Source: Phycisphaera mikurensis (GTDB taxonomy: Bacteria; Planctomycetota; Phycisphaerae; UBA1845). From it: DNA of 44,489 bases. The stretch covers positions 1-44,489 of the forward strand of contig SBAX01000414.1 in the NCBI GenBank assembly GCA_005240095.1, given 5' to 3'. Below are positions 39,634 through 44,489 of the stretch, piece by piece. Under the pieces are notes generated by a model. It had not been told where the DNA came from. It did no database searches and saw only the letters and a program-made list of their open reading frames with translations. Both the position numbers and the translations under genes were made by a program. How positions within the stretch are numbered: the stretch's first letter is position 1; every line of letters begins with the position of its first letter.

Positions 39634-39868
39634 GTCCGGATATGATCGGCTTGCGGCGGCGTCGGGGAATCGGGATTCAGCCGCCTCGTTGGAACAGGGT
39701 CGGGTCACGGGCCGAGCGAGCCACCCCTGCCGCACGGAATCCCGTTGACAAAAGCGGCGGATCGCTTACCTATCGCGGTGGGCGGGGGTATATTGCCGCC
39801 CGCAGCCCCGAAGGTCCATGGCGGACAGCCGATGGCCGGCTGCGGTTTGACCGATTGGAGATGATCTC

Positions 39869-40204
39869 ATGGCGCACATCGTCGCCGAGCCGTGCATCAA
39901 ATGTAAGTACACCGATTGCGTGGCGGTCTGCCCGGTGGACTGTTTTCACGAGGGCGTGAACTTCCTGGCCATCGACCCGGACGTGTGCATCGACTGCGGC
40001 CTGTGCCCGCCGGAGTGCCCCACCACGGCGATCTTTGCGGAGGAGGACCTCCCCGAGAAGTGGAAGAACTTCATCGAGATCAACAAGAAATACGGGGCCG
40101 TCTGGCCGGTCATCGACGCCCAGAAGGAGCCGCTCCCCGGCGCCGACGAGATGGCCAAGGTCGAATCCAAGCTCGACCAGCTCGACCCCAACCCGGGACC
40201 GTAG
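39869..40204 (+). CDS. fdxA: 7Fe ferredoxin (FdxA type)
   Basis: [40 protein letters not shown]; GGAG RBS. Confidence 0.95.
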   Translation: MAHIVAEPCIKCKYTDCVAVCPVDCFHEGVNFLAIDPDVCIDCGLCPPECPTTAIFAEEDLPEKWKNFIEINKKYGAVWPVIDAQKEPLPGADEMAKVESKLDQLDPNPGP

Positions 40205-40206
40205 CT

Positions 40207-40232
40207 GGGAGGGCGAGGCTCCTGCCGAGCCG
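40207..40232 (-). repeat. REP-like family A copy
   Basis: GGGAGGGCGAGGCTCCTGCCGAGCCG, starting 2 nt after the ferredoxin stop. Confidence 0.9.
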
Positions 40233-40270
40233 GCGGAGGGCGAACCCTAACCGCATCACCCAGCCCGCGG

Positions 40271-40798
40271 TTACGTTTCCCCGCTTCCCGATTTCCTCGA
40301 AACCCTCCGCCCCACCACATTGTGCCCGCACTCGGGACATGGGCCGCCGGGGCTGCCCCCCAGGTCGTAGGCACAGAACTCGCACAATCCCAGGCGCCTT
40401 CGGCGGCGACGACGCAGCAGCGGAACGAGACACAAGAGTCCGGAGCTGACGCCGAATACCAGCAGCGGGAATCCGAGGTGCAGGTAGAGCGATGAGAACC
40501 CTCGACCGGAGAAGGTCTGCGGCAGGAACTTACCCGGCGGCAGGCGCTCTGCCGAGCCTTCGCGGGCCCGTCGGCAATAGGGCCAGTTGAACCTGGAAAA
40601 GTTCTCCGGAAAGTACTGCAGCAGCGTGCGCCCGTCCGGATGGACGACGATGTTGACCAGCCACGAGGAGCCGTATGGGAAGCCGCAGGTGTAGGACCCG
40701 CTGCCGCCTCGAAACAGGGCGATGACGAGCGCGATCAACCACAGCAAAACCGTGATTGCCAGCCCGCTATACGACAGCCAGGTTGCAAGCGAACGCAT
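40271..40798 (-). CDS. Two-TM membrane protein with C-terminal zinc ribbon
   Basis: TM helices at both ends, then RRRRRRRLGLCEFCAYDLGGSPGGPCPECG. Confidence 0.75.
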   Translation of the reverse strand: MRSLATWLSYSGLAITVLLWLIALVIALFRGGSGSYTCGFPYGSSWLVNIVVHPDGRTLLQYFPENFSRFNWPYCRRAREGSAERLPPGKFLPQTFSGRGFSSLYLHLGFPLLVFGVSSGLLCLVPLLRRRRRRRLGLCEFCAYDLGGSPGGPCPECGHNVVGRRVSRKSGSGET

Positions 40799-40824
40799 GG
40801 CGAGGTGCTCAGGGGGCTACCGCA

Positions 40825-41850
40825 TCAATAGTCGAGGTTCGCCCCAAAGTCGGGAATGCCGCCCTCCTCGACCGTCTTCGTCCACGCGTCCAGCTCGGGA
40901 GTTTTCCAGAACTTTCGGCAGAGGGCGAAGTATTGCAGAACAGCGTCCTTGCGGCCCTTTTTGAGAAGCTCCAGGGCGAGGCCCATGTTCGGCCCGAAGG
41001 AATTGAGCTGTGGAGAGCCGGGCGTCTTCCCTGCCCTGACGAGGTACTCTTCGGCCTCGTCGATCCGTTCTCCGCGCATCGCGACAAAACCCAGGATCAA
41101 GTTGCCGTGATGGATGGCATTCCCGAAATTCCAGTCCGCCGGCATTTCGGCGGCGCAATCAAGCAATTCCACCGCGAGCGTCTTTGCCTTATCCAGTTCG
41201 TCGCAAGCGAGGGACATCACGGCGGCGTCCCCAAGGAGGTAGAAACGATCGGCCTTTGAACTCAAGGTCAATGCCCGCTCGTAGGCCGTTAAGGATCGTT
41301 GGGCCAAGTCCTTGTGCACACGTTCACCGTCGCGAGCCATTAACTCGAATTGGTGTCCGACTCGCCTGGGCCACTCTGGGTTGCCTGGATCGACAACGGC
41401 AGCCTGTTCAAGCAGTCGAATGGCCAGCTTGCCGTCTTCAACAAAATCGAGCGCCCGAGCGGCGTTGGCCAGCACGCGGGCGTTGTTGGAGTGTGCCTCG
41501 ACCTGCCGAAGCCAAAGCGCCTTGGCTTCCCGCTGTCTGCTGCTGTGCATCAGCCGAAACCGTCCCCACCCGTCGAGGACAGGAGCGTCAGGATGATGCT
41601 CAACAATCCAGAAATAATGTGCCCCGCAGTCCTGATCCGTGCTGAACTGGTAGTACAACAGAAGTTGGGACCTTGCTTCGAGGTCGTCAGGCTGTGTTTG
41701 CAGCTTCGCTTCGAGTTTCTCAGCATCCGCCGCGGACATGGACCTTGCACGTTGCCATAGAGCTGCGAAGTCCGGCTCGGCAGCTTGCATGTCTCCGGCT
41801 AGCGCGAGGAGCACCATCGCAACGCCGGATAGATGTGCGTTACTGCGCAC
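40825..41850 (-). CDS. Exported TPR-like helical repeat protein
   Basis: Helical repeats (AIRLLEQAAVVDPGNPEW, SLTAYERALTL), 'WNFGNAIHHGNLILG..SPQLNSFGPNMGLALELL'; start is GTG 41850 or ATG 41817. Confidence 0.75.
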   Translation of the reverse strand: MRSNAHLSGVAMVLLALAGDMQAAEPDFAALWQRARSMSAADAEKLEAKLQTQPDDLEARSQLLLYYQFSTDQDCGAHYFWIVEHHPDAPVLDGWGRFRLMHSSRQREAKALWLRQVEAHSNNARVLANAARALDFVEDGKLAIRLLEQAAVVDPGNPEWPRRVGHQFELMARDGERVHKDLAQRSLTAYERALTLSSKADRFYLLGDAAVMSLACDELDKAKTLAVELLDCAAEMPADWNFGNAIHHGNLILGFVAMRGERIDEAEEYLVRAGKTPGSPQLNSFGPNMGLALELLKKGRKDAVLQYFALCRKFWKTPELDAWTKTVEEGGIPDFGANLDY

Positions 41851-41865
41851 CTTGTCAGTCTCACA

Positions 41866-42105
41866 CCGCTCGCTTGCGCTCGCGGCGCCGATCAAAGCCA
41901 ACGTAGCGTCGCCCCTTGTGGGCCGCGCTTGGGAAGAAAACGCTTTCGGGCATCAAGCGCCGGGGACAAGCCCCGACGCTACGCTTTGGCTCGCTTCCGC
42001 TCGCGCTCTGATCGGGCGCGATATGTATCGTCGCTCAGCAGAACCGCCCGCCCGCTTCCTCACGGGCGCGGTACTGATTGCGCCACCCACAAGGGGTGGC
42101 GCTAC
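41866..42105. repeat. Mosaic of REP-like palindromes from two families
   Basis: GTAG-led palindromes at 41903-41927 (+), 41958-41982 (-), 42081-42105 (-); 'CGCT..CGCTCGCG..C.GATC'-type units at 41866-41893, 41989-42014, ~42046-42079. Confidence 0.75.
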
Positions 42106-42120
42106 ATTGCGCGGACTGCC

Positions 42121-44337
42121 TTAGCTGCCGGTTTCGGGCTTTTTCGCGGTTCCGGCGGCTTTGAGCTTGCCGTCGATGCTAATGCTGAGGTTCTTGACCA
42201 GGAAGGCCCAGCGGTCGGCGGACTCCTCGATCTGCTTGGAGGTCGGCTTGCCTGCCCCGTGACCGGCCTTGGTCTCGATGCGGATGAGCGTGGGATTCGG
42301 CCCGCTATTCGCTTCCTGGATGGCGGCCGCGAACTTGAAGCTGTGCGCCGGCACCACGCGATCGTCGTGGTCGGCCGTGGTGATCAGCGTCGCCGGATAG
42401 GTCGTGCCCGACTTGATGTTGTGCAGCGGCGAGTACGAGTACAGGGCCTTGAATTCCTCGGGACTGTCCGATGAGCCGTAGTCCGACACCCACGCCCAGC
42501 CGATGGTGAACTTGTTGAAGCGGAGCATGTCCATCACGCCCACCGCGGGCAGGGCCGCCCCGAACAAATCCGGGCGCTGCGTGATGCACGCCCCCACGAG
42601 CAGACCGCCGTTGCTGCCGCCGCCGATGGCCAGCTTGGGCGTGGACGTGTACTTGTTGGCGATGAGCCACTCGGCCGCGGCGATGAAGTCGTCGAAAACG
42701 TTCTGCTTCTTGAGCTTCTTGCCGGCCTCGTGCCACTCCTTGCCGTACTCCCCGCCGCCGCGGATGTTGGCCATGGCATACACGCCGCCCATCTCCAGCC
42801 ATGTGGCGATGGAGGGCGAGAACGATGGCGTCATGGCCGCGTCAAATCCGCCGTAGCCATAGAGGTACGTGGCGTTCTTCCCGTCGAGTGCGATTCCCTT
42901 GCGATGCGTGATGAACATGGGGATCTTCGTGCCGTCTTTGCTCTGATAGAAGACCTGCTTCGTCTCGTAGTCCGCCGGGTTCACGTCCACTTTGGGCTGG
43001 CGGAAGACGCCGCTCTGACCGGTTTCGGTGTCATAGCGGAACACGGTGCCGGGGTAGAGGAAGCTCGTGAAGCCGTAGAAGGTTTCCTTTTCGTCGCGCC
43101 GTCCGCCGAAGCCGCCGGCCGTACCCAGCGTGGGGAACGTCACGTCGCGCTGGTGCTTGCCGGAAAGATCGAACACCTTGACCTGCGTGTAGGCGTCCGT
43201 CAGGTAGGAGGCGTGGAACTTGCCGCCCACAGTGCTGACGCCGCGCAAGGTCTCGGCCGCCTGGGGAATGATCTCCTTCCAGTTGGCCCGGTCGGGCTTG
43301 CTCGTGTCGATGGCGATCAGCCGACGCCGCGGGGCCTCCAGGTCGGTGCTGAACCAGAACACCGGCCCGTTGTTGTCGATAAAGTCGAACTCCGCCTCGA
43401 ACTCCTTGATGAGTTCGACGACCTTCGACGCCGGATCGCTTAGGTCCTTGTAGAAGAGCAGGTTCTTGCGTTCCGTGCCCTTCCAGACGTTGATGATCGC
43501 GTACTTGCCGTCGTCGGTGACGCTGGCCCCGAAGCCCCATTCCTTCTGATCGGGCCGCTCGTAGATGAGCTGATCGGCGGACTGCGGCGTGCCCAGTTTG
43601 TGATAGAAGAGCTTGTGGAAGTAGTTGGCTTTCTTCAGTTCGTCGCCCGGCGGAGGCTCGTCATAGCGGCTGTAGAAGAAGCCCTTGCCGTCGTGGGTCC
43701 AGGAGGCCCCGGAGAACTTGACCCACTTGATCACGTCCTCGCGATCCTTGCCCGTGTCGATGTCCCGCACATGCCACTCCTGCCAATCGGAGCCCGAAGC
43801 GGCGATGCCGTAGGCGAGCATCTTGCCGTCCTCGGTGATGTCGTAGCCGGTGAGGGCCACTGTGCCATCGGATGACATCGTGTTGGGATCAAGCAGCACC
43901 TTGGGTTCTTCATTGAACGACTTGACGGTGTACAGGGGGCTTTGATTCTGCAGCCCGTCGTTTTTGGTATAGAAATAGCGCCCGCCGCGCTTGAAGGGCA
44001 CACCGAACTTCTCGTAGTTCCAGATTTCGGTAAGCCGCTCCTTGATGGCCCCGCGCTGGGGGATGCTCTCCAGGTACGGGAAGGTGACCTTGTTCTGGGC
44101 CTCGACCCAGGCCTTGGTCTCTTCCGAATTGTCGTCCTCCAGCCAGCGGTACGGGTCGGCCACCTTGACCCCGTGGTACTCGTCGACCTGATCGACCTTC
44201 TTGGTCTTGGGGTAAACGATACCTCGGCTCTGCGCCGCGGCTCGTTCGGCCCACAGCCCCGCAACGAGGCAAACAACCAGACTCCACGCCGCCAGCCGAC
44301 CGAACATCCGCACCTTGCTTACCGTTGTCGCCGCCAT
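42121..44337 (-). CDS. Prolyl oligopeptidase (S9A), exported
   Basis: DPYRWLED, YGYGGF, RGGGEYG, GGSNGG (Ser), DHDDRV (Asp), AGHG (His); signal peptide ..RAAA-Q. Confidence 0.97.
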   Translation of the reverse strand: MAATTVSKVRMFGRLAAWSLVVCLVAGLWAERAAAQSRGIVYPKTKKVDQVDEYHGVKVADPYRWLEDDNSEETKAWVEAQNKVTFPYLESIPQRGAIKERLTEIWNYEKFGVPFKRGGRYFYTKNDGLQNQSPLYTVKSFNEEPKVLLDPNTMSSDGTVALTGYDITEDGKMLAYGIAASGSDWQEWHVRDIDTGKDREDVIKWVKFSGASWTHDGKGFFYSRYDEPPPGDELKKANYFHKLFYHKLGTPQSADQLIYERPDQKEWGFGASVTDDGKYAIINVWKGTERKNLLFYKDLSDPASKVVELIKEFEAEFDFIDNNGPVFWFSTDLEAPRRRLIAIDTSKPDRANWKEIIPQAAETLRGVSTVGGKFHASYLTDAYTQVKVFDLSGKHQRDVTFPTLGTAGGFGGRRDEKETFYGFTSFLYPGTVFRYDTETGQSGVFRQPKVDVNPADYETKQVFYQSKDGTKIPMFITHRKGIALDGKNATYLYGYGGFDAAMTPSFSPSIATWLEMGGVYAMANIRGGGEYGKEWHEAGKKLKKQNVFDDFIAAAEWLIANKYTSTPKLAIGGGSNGGLLVGACITQRPDLFGAALPAVGVMDMLRFNKFTIGWAWVSDYGSSDSPEEFKALYSYSPLHNIKSGTTYPATLITTADHDDRVVPAHSFKFAAAIQEANSGPNPTLIRIETKAGHGAGKPTSKQIEESADRWAFLVKNLSISIDGKLKAAGTAKKPETGS

Positions 44338-44460
44338 CGAAATGCCCTTTCCTTCAGTCCGCACCGCCGCGTACAACCGCGGGTGCCGGGTCGAGATGCT
44401 ACCCCAAAGCCGCCTGTCGCTAAAGCCACGAGGCGTATGAACCTGTCAGTTGTCGAATGG

Positions 44461-44486
44461 GGGAGGGCGAGGCTCCTGCCGAGCCG
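44461..44486 (-). repeat. REP-like family A copy
   Basis: GGGAGGGCGAGGCTCCTGCCGAGCCG. Confidence 0.9.
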
Positions 44487-44489
44487 CCC

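Noticed and set aside
39745-39773. TTGACA upstream of the ferredoxin
   Set aside because: No convincing -10 hexamer at 16-18 nt spacing

Overview
High-GC bacterial chromosomal segment, most likely Planctomycetota/Phycisphaerae. This is an inference from the FG-GAP/DCNxN-repeat surface proteins, the C-terminal 'CxxCxYDLxG...CPECG' protein and the DUF1573 protein. It carries about 30 genes, including polX (partial), smc, a PAS histidine kinase, a sigma54 response regulator, two large paralogous surface proteins (one frameshifted), LOG, an ABC exporter operon, tyrA, an orphan DNA methyltransferase, PP2C, ADH, FHA, an M16 peptidase, a GNAT, murJ, a ferredoxin and a prolyl oligopeptidase. Four signals are missed by the ORF track. 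(1) Two genes are split by an in-frame TGA exactly at a redox Cys position (UxxC redoxin, CxxU AhpD-like), each followed by a SECIS-like hairpin, so both are probable selenoproteins. (2) A promoter, rod-like RNA and terminator lie downstream of smc (candidate ~200-280 nt sRNA). (3) Several families of REP-like palindromes occur, two of them in-frame inside murJ and one read through by a GNAT ORF. (4) The paralogous surface proteins share a Cys-rich C-terminal module. No CRISPR array, tRNA, rRNA or transposase was seen.
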